A stretch of 64,000 nt of DNA, taken from Eledone cirrhosa (Eukaryota). The first letter of the stretch is position 1, and the number at the start of each line of letters is the position of its first letter. The DNA is taken from NCBI GenBank assembly GCA_964016885.1, contig OZ024740.1:132246001-132310000 (forward strand), written 5' to 3'. Under the pieces are notes generated by a model. That model had not been told where the DNA came from. It worked only from the letters and a program-made list of their open reading frames with translations, and did not search any database. This document shows, one piece after another, positions 1 to 10,943 of the stretch. The position numbers and the translations under genes were made by a program.

Positions 1-115
1 TGCGCGTTCGTACGGTTGTCCTTCCTGTTCCATATAACCATGCCCATTACGAGCTGAGGATCCGCTAAGGTGAAATAATTGTTCTCGGTATGGCGAACTA
101 ACTGTTGTGTAACAA

Positions 116-118
<3 letters not shown>
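1..118 (+). mobile_element. 3' terminal repeat (pLTR) of a Penelope-like element, same family as 1561-2960
   Basis: Matches 2873-2958 directly and 1638-1700 in reverse complement; contains an HHR; ends at (TA)n. Confidence 0.75.
50..87 (+). ncRNA. Minimal type I hammerhead ribozyme
   Basis: CGAG-CTGAGGA-tccgctaaggt-GAAA-taattg-TT-CTCG; stem I CGAG/CTCG, near-palindromic stem III. Confidence 0.7.
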
Positions 119-180
<62 letters not shown>

Positions 181-567
181 TTTAAGTATCAAGAGAGACA
201 AGAAGAGATAGGGGATACATATAGTTATTTGCCAATTGCATATGCAAATGTGCCCAATACTTGTGCCTGCGGGCGAGAAAATAAGCAGAGCGGATATACG
301 CGAAAAAATATATAGAGGAGAACAAACCGTTAAAACATGTAAATCAGTAGATCTACTGCAAAAACAATACATGTGCTTTACGAAGAATGAACTGTGATGT
401 GAATGTATCTTTAAAACCCCTTCTGGGTCACGTAAGGATCAATCTTTAGGTGTTTATGCACTTGAGAATCCCTTTTCAGGCGAAATGTACGTAGGTGCTG
501 TTTTAAATAAATATGTTTTAACGGTTTGTTCTCCTTTATATATTTTTTCACGTATATATATATATTT

Positions 568-735
568 AGGAAAAAGTATGACCCTGACGGCAGAGTTCAA
601 ACCGTTTCGAAAGCTATTTCTGGAGTGAAATAGCCTTCGAAACGGCTTGAGCCCTGCCGTCAGGGTCATACTACCCTAAGTATTGAGTACTCTGGTGCGC
701 TATGGTCCATCTGGTTCCTTACCGCAACTCCTTCG

Positions 736-737
<2 letters not shown>
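568..737 (+). mobile_element. Fold-back remnant, probably a PLE terminus (about 98-bp palindrome 575-672 plus tail)
   Basis: agtatgaccctgacggcag...gctatttc/gaaatagc...ctgccgtcagggtcatact; the same unit occurs at 23148-23332 and 33017-33232. Confidence 0.65.
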
Positions 738-807
<70 letters not shown>

Positions 808-1546
808 AAAATTAGCGAGAATCGCATTTCGGCTATTCGAAATTAGCGAAAAATAACTTCCGAAATGTGTGGCAAGCCCTCAATAGAAACGAGTGAACTA
901 TAGAGCAGTAAACATACGTTAAAAGGGCAATTTCACTGAGACGATGGTTAAACCATTAACCGCAAAGCCATAGAAGGGAGCAAGCTATTCGGGTCAAAGA
1001 AATAATAAAATATGATTGAAAAATATGCTAGCCCCCCTTGGAAACGGTGGTAAAATCCAATATGGGGTTTCTGCAACTCCTAAATCAGGTACTGTCTGCT
1101 TAAATAAATAATGTTAAGTTTTTGGTATGATGATCAAACAAGGATGTCACTTTTTCAACAGGCATTTAGTTATATGCAAAGCTAAGGAACTGACCGTTAT
1201 CTAAACCCACGTGCGGGGTTAGAACGGAGAGAATCCCTAGTTTTGGAGGATGAATTTAGTATCTATGGTTATTTCAAAATTGCAAAATATCACAAAACGA
1301 ATTAAGTTCTCGACAGAATAGTTTTTAAAATTAACATAAGCTATTAATCAGTCAATAGAATTAACTAAAAAAATCAAACAAATTTAACTGGTTAATAGCT
1401 AGATTCTGGAGATTAATACAAATATAAATTAGCGGGAATAGCATTTCGGCTATTGGAAATTAGCGAAAAACTACTTCCGAAATATGAGGCAAGCGCTCAA
1501 TAGAAACGAGTGAACTAGAGCAATAAACATACGTTAAAAGGCCAAT
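808..1546. repeat. Direct repeat pair of about 120 bp (808-931 and 1427-1546)
   Basis: aaattagcg(a/g)gaat...gcatttcggctatt...aaacatacgttaaaagg occurs twice about 619 bp apart. Confidence 0.8.
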
Positions 1547-1560
1547 ATACATATATATAT

Positions 1561-2958
1561 ATAAAGGTAGAACACTGGAAGGTAATATCTGTAGTAGTGG
1601 AGCACTGAGTCCATGGGAAGAGTTTCGTAGAAGTAGTAACACAACAGTTAGTTCACCATACCGAGAAAAAATGTTTCACCTTAGCGGGTCATCAGCTCGG
1701 ACTAATAATGGTTATATGAACAGGACCGTGTTAAAATAGATTTAATTTCTACTTTTAATGAGTTAGGACTTAGGATAACGGTAGCTACCAACCTGTCTAG
1801 CTAGATGTTTTTGACATTAATTTAAACCTTCACACACATACCTTCAGACCCTTCGATAAAATAAACGAAGAAATTAATTACATACACAAGGACTGATGCC
1901 ACCCTCCTACTGTTTTTAGAAACTTCGTAAATAATATCAGTACTACAATCTCTAACCTCTCCTCTAATAAAGCAATATTTGACAGAGCTGCCCCCTACTA
2001 CAACACGGTATTAGCTAACAGCGACTTCTCGCAGCCAATTACTTTCTCCTCTGCTAATACCAACATCAATAAGAAAAGAAATCGTTTCAATAGAAAAACT
2101 ATCTGGTTCTCTCCTCCCTTCTCCCTCAACGTTTACACTAATGTAGGAAAAAACCTTTTAGCACTCTTAGATCGACACTTTCCCATAGGTCACGAATACC
2201 GGTCCATCTTTAACAGACACAGAGTTTAATTAGTGTACTCCTGCGCTAAGAATATGAAGGTCCACATCCCCAACAGCCCTAAGAGCGGTACCCCACCAGG
2301 ATGCACTGGCCGAAAGCCTGAGACTTGTTCCTTTTAACTACAATGCAACACACTCGTGTACTTTATGAAGATGTGGTCACTTCCAACCGATAAAATCAAC
2401 CAAAGGAGGTCAAACCCTATGTGGGTATGGCGAAGGGGCGGTTTAAGGAACGCTTCCTGAACCAGCAATCGACCTTTAAATACAGGACAAACGATCATCC
2501 ACGAAGCTTACAAGCCACGTAAGGTCTCTCAAAGACCCATGTATAGGCTACTCAATCCAATAGAAAGCTATCACTAAGTTCAAGCCATACGCAAATGCAT
2601 TGTGGACTGTGTATTGAAGAAATGATAAATATTCTAAGGAGATTACGCTCTAGCGATTGCCTACATTCAAGAAATGAAATCTTGTCACGTGGTCCACACG
2701 TCTGGAAACTCTTCTTGCATAACTACAAAGCTCCGGATTGACCGGATTGAATAACACAACATTCCAATGTTTTAATAAACTAGAACAATTTATTCCGGAC
2801 ATTCGCAGTTGCTTGCCTTAGACCTTTCGCCCGTGGTTTTGTATCGCTTGGGCGAATGACCGTTTCTGCGCTTGCGCGTTCATACGGTTGTTTCTCCTCT
2901 TCCTGTTCATATAAACATTACCAGTCCGAGCTGAAGATCGGCTAATATGAAACATTTG

Positions 2959-2960
<2 letters not shown>
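1561..2960 (+). mobile_element. 5'-truncated degenerate Naiad-like Penelope-like element with inverted pLTR at its 5' end
   Basis: About 1806-2740 translates to remnants INYIHKD*CHPP, IWFSPPFSLNV, YRSIFNRH, YVGMAKGRFKERFLN (RT thumb, linker, GIY-YIG); HHR at 2926-2960 (+) and inverted copy at 1661-1700 (-). Confidence 0.8.
1661..1700 (-). ncRNA. Hammerhead ribozyme in inverted pLTR
   Basis: CCGAG-CTGATGA-cccgctaaggt-GAAA-...-TT-CTCGG on the minus strand. Confidence 0.7.
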
Positions 2961-3026
<66 letters not shown>

Positions 3027-3077
3027 TATAGGTATATATATATATATATATAAATATATATATACATATATATATAA

Positions 3078-3188
<111 letters not shown>

Positions 3189-3703
3189 GTTAAATAAAAG
3201 TCAAATGATTAAAATTTAGCTTCGTTTACTACTGCTATATATACTTCAGTGACAGCCATATTTGGCTGTGACCTCTTCAGGTAGTTTGAATTAGTATGGT
3301 ATAGACAAGTACATATGTTGTTTAGGTGTATAATATTGTCAATACTCTGATATGCCCAGTTCCTTGTTGGGTTGTTAATTCACTGAGGAGCTGGAGTCAT
3401 ATGAATTCAAACAAACGAATTTCAGTGTCAAAGGTCCCCTTCTCCTCTCATTGGTCACTTATTAGAACATTCCTCATTCTAGGTGTTGTTACTGTTGGAG
3501 TTAGCTTAAAAATTGATAAAATGGTAGAAGGGACAAGGTGTTAAAGGAACAAAATAACAAAAAAAGTGTCAAACTTCCCATTGGTCAGTTCTGAGAGCAT
3601 TCCTTAGTCAGAAGTCTATAGAATTCTTTCTGGGTTGAGGCTCCCTGTAGTTTTTTTGCCTGCTATTGTTCAGTACATTTGACCTCCACCATTATTTTGG
3701 TAC

Positions 3704-6020
3704 AACACAAACAACCTCTACAACATGAACGCTGAACTGTACAATAAGCTAATCCTCAAGGAACTGAGGAAGTGCTACAAAAAAACACCTGGATTTACCC
3801 TGGATGAGATCAATGCCACAGCTTACAGGATTATATCCAGAATCGGCATAGAGGACAGGACGGCCCCATACCAACCAAGGGAGCCGCGGATTACCCTTAA
3901 AGTCCACAAGTCAAACTTTGAGTCCGTCCTCCCTGTCAGACTAATAGCCCCCTCCAGATCTGACCTAGGGATCGTCAGTAAAAGAATACTGGATAGGATT
4001 TTGCCCAAGCTTCGGAAGAAAACCAAATTACAGCAATGTTCATGCACGAGAGAAGTAATAGAATGGTTCAAAATACTGCATGAGAAAACTAGGACCAGCT
4101 TTATACAACTGGACATCGCAAGCTACTACTCCTCAATCTCACCCATAGTACTTAATAAGGCCCTAATTTTAGCGATGTCCACTACGGACCTAACCCGAGA
4201 GGAGGTGAGCATCATCCACGCCGCAAGAAAAACCTTAATCCGCTTCGATGGAGACCTTTGGACCAGGAGTGATTGGCCAAATAACTTTGACATCACGATG
4301 GGCTCCAGCGACTCAGCGCAGGTAACGGACCTGGTTGGCCTCTACCTGCTGAAGCAGATAAAAGATGGAATCCCCTGCCTGGGCGGCGGATTATATCGTG
4401 ACGATGCTCTATTCACAGTACATGGCCACAGCACCAATTAGTTGGAGGGTAGGAGGAGGCGTATTCGCAATTTCTTTAAGAATCAGGGGCTCAGGATAGA
4501 AATAGACCCAAATAGGAAAGTAGTTAACTTCCTAGACACCACCCTACACCTGAACACCGAGCAATACTACCTCTACCACAAGCCCAACGAGAGACTCGTA
4601 TATGTTAACGCCAAATCAAACCACCCTAGATCCATAACCAAGGCAGTGGTGAAGAGTGTCTCGGACAGGATCTCCAGCCTGTCCGCAAGTAAGGAAATAT
4701 TCAACAACCACGCGGAATATTACAACGCAGCTCTAAAGAAGGCGGCACATGGACAAAATATAACATATAGTCCGAAAAGCCGGGAGGTGGATAGCCCAAC
4801 AGACACCCACAACCGCGTTGCCAGAGAGGGGAGGGCGAACCCTAACAATACAGGCAGAGCAGAATCAAATAGGCACCATGTACCAGACACCAGCACACGG
4901 GCGGTGGGGACTAGTGCGCTTGACCACGAGATGGAGCACAATATGAGTAGCAGTCTCATGCGTGACGCTAACCACCCAAGGACGGACGACCCCAACCGCA
5001 GGACACGTGGGGGGGGAGGAAACGGGCGACCACCCCACGATGTATCTCCCGGGGCGGACAACGACCACCCCACAAATCCGGGCCGCGAAGATAACAAAAA
5101 GCATAGAGCCCAAAGGGGAAGCAACAGTACGGAAACCACCAGCAACCCAACAAAGCTCCAACAAATCACGAAGCCCCCGATCCAGACATATAGGAGGAGA
5201 CACCGACAAATCACGTGGTACAACCCACCCTACTCAGCGGCCCTAAAGAAAAGCTTGGCCCAATTATTCTTTGGAGCACTTGACAAATGCTTCCCGAGGG
5301 ACCACAGATACCACAGGATCTTCAACAGACACACTGTGAAGCTTTCGTATTCCACAACGAGAAATTTGGCCCAACACATAGCTAGCATCAACAGAAGTAG
5401 TCTTAAAAACCACACACAACCAGAAGATGGCAATACAATCACTCAGCAGAACGATGCGAAAGGAGGGAAGGGGGGACCCAGAGCCCACCCAAGAAACACA
5501 AACAGACACGAGGACCCCCCACCGAGCATGGGGGAAGACCACATGTAACACATAACGAGAACCCTAATCTAGGCACGTAGAGGCCGACCACCCTCTGCAA
5601 CTGCAGAAATCCCGAATAATGCCCCCTTGGTAATGAATGTCTCAAGAAGAACCTAGTGTACGGTTGTAGGGTTAAAACCCCAACTCCGAACACCTCTACA
5701 TAGGAGCCACATCAACGAGCTTTAAGGACCGCTGGTACAACCATCTCCATTCATTCAAGAAGGAGGCCAAAAGGAAAAGCACAGCTCTCTCCGACCTGAT
5801 CTGGAAGCTTAAGCTGGACAGGACCCCATACTCTCTGGTCTGGTACATAATCAGGAAAGTACCACCCGATAAAGGGGGATCTTGCATATGCAAACTATGC
5901 CTGAACGAGACCCTCGAGATACTAAGAGGTGGAAGCGGCCTGATAAACCTCAGAACCGACTTCTTCGGGACATGCAGACACCTTAGAGCCGGGACCTTTC
6001 TCAATATATATGGACAGTAG
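3704..6020 (+). pseudogene. Disrupted PLE reverse transcriptase plus GIY-YIG endonuclease
   Basis: FIQLDIASYYSSI, FDITMGSSDSAQVTDLVG, GGLYRDD, VNFLD, SNHP, WYNPPYS, CNCRNPE*CPLGNECL, YIGATSTSFKDRWYNH, CKLCLNE; stops at 4439 and 5546 plus frameshifts. Confidence 0.92.
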
Positions 6021-7220
6021 CAACACAAGAAGATGTGAACTCCCCTCAAGCTATAGGGAATTCTACAGAACATGAAAACACCTCTCGGCCAGACCTCCCT
6101 CAAGCTATATGGGCAACAACAACACCCTAGGTTATGAACTCCCCTCGAGCCACAGGGAACAACCCAGGCGGAGCAGACACCATGATAGCCTAGAGATAGA
6201 ATCGGATACAGCCATAATAATTTGGCCAACATCTATAACACAAACACTTTTAATTTACCAGATTTCTGACTTTCAAGTTCCAATCTTAAATCTTGATTTC
6301 TCTTTATTAATTTGTTATTTGTTTTCTGCCCTCTTCACTGTATCACCTTATATTTATTTTAAGTTGAGATGGATTATAACACAAACACATTTAGTTTGAA
6401 TATCTCATCTTAACATCTTGTCTCATACCAATCTATCCAACATATTCTGACCTTGAGATTGGTTATAGCACACACACACACTTTATCCTACATTATTTCT
6501 CACTTCTCCATATTCATTTTCATTACTTTTTCACCGATCTCTCATTTATTCTATATTCTCTATTTATTTATTTATTTTCAAATTACGCAAATTATATTAA
6601 TTATTTTATTATATTATTTATTTATTTTCTGTTTTCTTCATTTATTGCCTTATATTTCTTCATATACATGGAGGAAACCCCCCACCCCACCCCACCACCA
6701 CCACCACTACGATGGTGGCAGGAGGGATGAAGAAAAACACAAACTGGATACTTCTTAATTGTTAGCAGCAGCAAGATATAAGCTGCCACTACACCAACAA
6801 CAGTACCAAAATAATGGTGGAGGTCAAATGTACTGAACAATAGCAGGCAAAAACACTACAGGGAGCCTCAACCCAGAAATAATTTTATAGACTTCTGACT
6901 GAGGAATGCTCTCAGAACTGACCAATGGGAAGTTTGACACTTTTTTTGTTATTTTGTTCCTTTAACACCTTGTCCCTTCTACCATTTTATCAATTTTTAA
7001 GCTAACTCCAACAATAACAACACCTAGAATGAGGAATGTTCTAATAAGTGACCAATGAGAGGAGAAGGGGACCTTTGACACTGAAATTCGTTTGTTTGAA
7101 TTCATATGACTCCAGCTCCTCAGTGAATTAACAACCCAACAAGGAACTGGGCATATCAGAGTATTGACAATATTATACACCTAAACAACATATGTACTTA
7201 TCTATACCATACTAATCAAA

Positions 7221-7273
7221 CTGCCTGAAGAGGTCACAACCAAAGATGGCTGTCACTGAAATATATATAGCAG
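7221..7273 (+). ncRNA. Type I hammerhead ribozyme in pLTR (mirror copy at 3232-3284 on -)
   Basis: CTGC-CTGAAGA-ggtcacaaccaaagatggctgtcact-GAAA-TATATA-TA-GCAG; palindromic stem III. Confidence 0.85.
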
Positions 7274-7420
7274 TAATAAACGAAGCTAAATTTTAATCAT
7301 TTGACTTTTATTTAACTTTATTTTACACTACTCCGGAGTAACCAAACCAACCTGCGCACTTCGTCGAGTGCTCCAGCCTGTATACTGAGGTGTTGGTATA
7401 CAACCAACATAAACTCAAAA

Positions 7421-7510
<90 letters not shown>

Positions 7511-7715
7511 TATATCAGTACCCGCACACATGCGAACATTTACACCAAATACACATAAAACATATATATAAGTATATATCTTTATACATGTGTGTGTATG
7601 TGTGCGCGTATATATATAAGTATATAAATATACACACTTAAATACTTATATAAAGCGCGCGCACACCCACCTACATGTAGATAAACATATTGGCAACATG
7701 ACGCTCCCAATGTAT

Positions 7716-7792
<77 letters not shown>

Positions 7793-7796
<4 letters not shown>

Positions 7797-10700
7797 AAAA
7801 TAACAGATTAAATTTTAAGCATATAATTGCTGCTTTTACGCTTAACAGGATGTTCTGAAACCAAAAAATCAATCTGTGAAGGCAGAATAAATATTTCGAA
7901 ATTTGCAACCGAAGGAAGACAGGAAGACGATACTTTGGTTCGTGGCGACGTTCCCTTGCAATGAATGGAAAAACGAAGATAATACGTCATTATGTGGAGC
8001 TGTTAGAACAATTACACGCCAAGACAAAACCAAGATTATGTTAAAACTGAAGTCGTAGACTAAAATTCTATTTAGGAAACCGAATGATTCTCGGCTTCAG
8101 AGTTAAGAATAATGCAAATAAATTACAGAGGTTATTGAAATTAACAATAATTAAATATATACTTTCACGAATCCATATACGTATATACACATGCATATGC
8201 GAAAACACCCGCCATGGGTATGCAAATACAGGCACGTACACAAAAACACGCGCACACCTACAGAAACCCAGGCAACGCCAGTACCCGCACACATACGAAA
8301 GTATGCACCAAATACACATAAAACATATATAAAAAGTATATATACATGTGTGTTCGCGCATATATATAATTATATAAACGTATATAATTATACACACATA
8401 AATACGCATATAACGCGCGCACACACACTAAGCTACTTGTAAATACACATATGTTCGGTAAACCTACGTCAACCAAAACACAAAGTACACATATACACAC
8501 ACCCTACATACGAGCAATAGACACACATATACCCACAGCTTACATACACAAACGCAAAGCTCACGTATACACATAACCATATACACATGTACCAGTATAT
8601 ATAATATAATATATACGCCTATAACAAATACAAGCAAATATACGTACTAGAATGTATACGTACCTTCACAAATCATACAGGTAATATATACTTACCTATA
8701 CAAATAAGTAATGGTATAAACATAAAATTTACTTAGCTACCACATCAAGACGTAATTTATCCTCGTATTGTTCGTACTATCCGTTAGGGTATAAAGTGGG
8801 GCTGTGATACAGGAAAGATTTGGGTAATTTATGTGTACAAGCCGAAATTGCCTCAGATTCTTTATTTAAGATGTGATCATTGGCGTAAGGTATTTCCAGG
8901 GCTTCAGCGGCGCAGAGGTCACATGGTCTTTTATTTCCGTTATACGATCTAGCCCAAGCTAGGATCTCCCAGTGTAACCTATATTGGGTGTGATTGTCTT
9001 TTAGTCTCCAGATATAAGCTGAAAGTGACATCATATTCCTTCTTAATGGGTTAAAAAAGAATGGGTATGCATGTAATGACGCTGCTTGAATCTATTGGCG
9101 GTTAAACCTATGTAGGCCCTATGGAACGTGGGTGTCTCAACCTTACATTTGTAGACAATGCTACTGGAGAGGCATTTCCCGGATAGTGGGCAGTCAACCC
9201 AATTCCTACAATTTCAGTTAGATATAGCTACAGGGTTGCACGTGTTCCTACGACTAGGTAATTTAGTTAAATTTGAAGCAGTGTTGTTATGTGAAAATTT
9301 AGTAAGAAATGTTAATGGTATTTCTATTAAAAATGTTATTATATTTATGTGCTGGGGTAAATGCTTCATAATAAGGGAGAGAAAGATCTTAGCTAATGGT
9401 GTAGCCACCTCCATATTATATGGTGGGTTATACCATATAATGCGTCGGGATTTATTTTTCCTAGGTCTATGCTCATACTCGTGTATGCCACGTTATCGAC
9501 AATCCACTCCAAGCGAAGAGATTCATTGTAATATGTGGAATGATCGGTGAAAATAAGCTCGTTTGAAGATAGACAGGAAAGCCTCAAAGAAACGTTTCTT
9601 AACAGGTTCCTGATTATGCTGGCAGGATGGTTAGAATGTTGGCTTATGTAATTAAGCTTGTCATTCGGCTTTATATACGTGTAGTGCAAGCCATTTAACA
9701 AATTGAGGGTAACGTCGAGGTAATTAACGACCAAGAGGTTGGCTTCAACCTGTATGGAGAGGTTGAAGCCTTTAAAGAAGGCTGTGAGTTCTTTTCTGAA
9801 CCTGTCGCAAGCACGAGGTCCGCACTTAGTCATGGTCAAAAGAAGGAAAAGGCCGATAAGATCAGTAACCTCTGCAGAATCGCTGGCGCCCATATTCACA
9901 TCGAATGGGGTACTGTTAGAATGTTTATTCCAAATAGATTCGCCGAAATTAATCACCGAACTACGGGCATTGAGGATGACATCAACTTCGAAATCCTTAA
10001 CCACCGTGAGCGTTTTAGCGAAATTGATAGCTCTAAGAAGATGTGGTAAAGTGATAGAGGAGTAGTAATTATTGATGTCGAATTGGATAAAACGGCAATG
10101 TTCCTTGTTGCATAAGCCGGTGAACCAATCAATCACCGCGAAATAATTGTTCCACGGTGCAAGAGTGGCCAAGCTTTTAATTTCAGGTATAATTCTATCT
10201 AACCTTTTACAAAGTCTACCTTGGTATGGTTAAGGGAAATTGAATTTGTGATCCTTCAGGGTAAAGTGGGGAGAAATAGGGTCTAGAGGTTCAGTCCGGT
10301 CCATGATATTGAGATCAGAGGTGATTTTAAACCCAGCATCGTTGTTGTCATTAATGACTCTGATTAGTTTTACGGTAACACTTAGTTCAGCATTATGTAG
10401 CAGTTGATGGTAAGTACTGTATTCCACTTGATATAGATTGCCGGCATTTGAATCCTTAATATAACGAATTTTATCCTTCAGGTCCTGCTGGAAGGAGTTG
10501 CTCCTATTCCGAAATTTGATACTCCGTATGAGTTCCAAAACATCATTTTCGAAAGGTAGCAATGCTGGGTTACTTGGAGGATTATTGTAGGTTTTAAACC
10601 CACATTTATCTTGTTTGTTGTCCGCTTTTCCCTGATTATCGAAATAAAAGGCACGCCAACGCAACCTTTTAATGAACCAGTCTGTTTTCAATATCAGGAA

Positions 10701-10943
10701 TTTTAGGTATTACTTCCTGCTTGGTAGGGGTATATTCTTTGTAGAAATATTCAGATGTTGTTTCTGCATGATGAATATAAGTCAATAGAGTGCTCAACCG
10801 AGGGAGCCATATAATATATTTGAAGACTAAAATCGAAAGAGGGCTTGATAATGTAAATATATATCAAATATATAAGAACTGTAGAGCAGATATTTATTAA
10901 AATAACAGATTAAAGTTTAGGCAAAGAATCGCTGCTTTCACCC
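7793..10943 (-). mobile_element. Near full-length degenerate Naiad-like Penelope-like element with direct terminal repeats
   Basis: ORF remnants 8777-10770; 7797-7851 is repeated at 10898-10943; 3' UTR contains low-complexity repeats. Confidence 0.88.
8777..10770 (-). pseudogene. Disrupted PLE RT plus GIY-YIG
   Basis: MQKQHLNISTKNIPLPS, FIKRLRWRAFYF, LKDHK, FIQFDINNYYSSI, FDVNMGASDSAEVTDLIG, SNHP, (TGA)NCRNWVDCPLSGKCL, CDLCAAE; the YRDD segment is deleted. Confidence 0.9.

Noticed and set aside
455-500. Hammerhead in the 176-555 inverted-repeat remnant
   Set aside because: GAAA-tgtacg-TA-ggtgc is suggestive, but the CUGANGA half (cttgagaa) is too degraded to call
1893-1897. In-frame TGA in the 1561-2960 element as selenocysteine
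   Set aside because: It aligns to the Ser of the SxHP motif, not a Cys; ordinary nonsense mutation
3326-3544. Duplicated 72-aa ORF (also 6962-7180, with related ORFs at 59588-59803 and 59983-60195)
   Set aside because: Antisense reading of the pLTR; duplicated only because the repeat is duplicated
4720-5693. Antisense and alternate-frame ORFs over retroelement and Helitron coding regions (also 17609-20696, 30011-30778, 38619-39005)
   Set aside because: Shadow ORFs with no recognisable motifs
7940-8110. SECIS element for the TGA at 9214
   Set aside because: An ATGAC occurs on the minus strand (7986-7990), but no apical AAR or matching GA quartet could be built by eye
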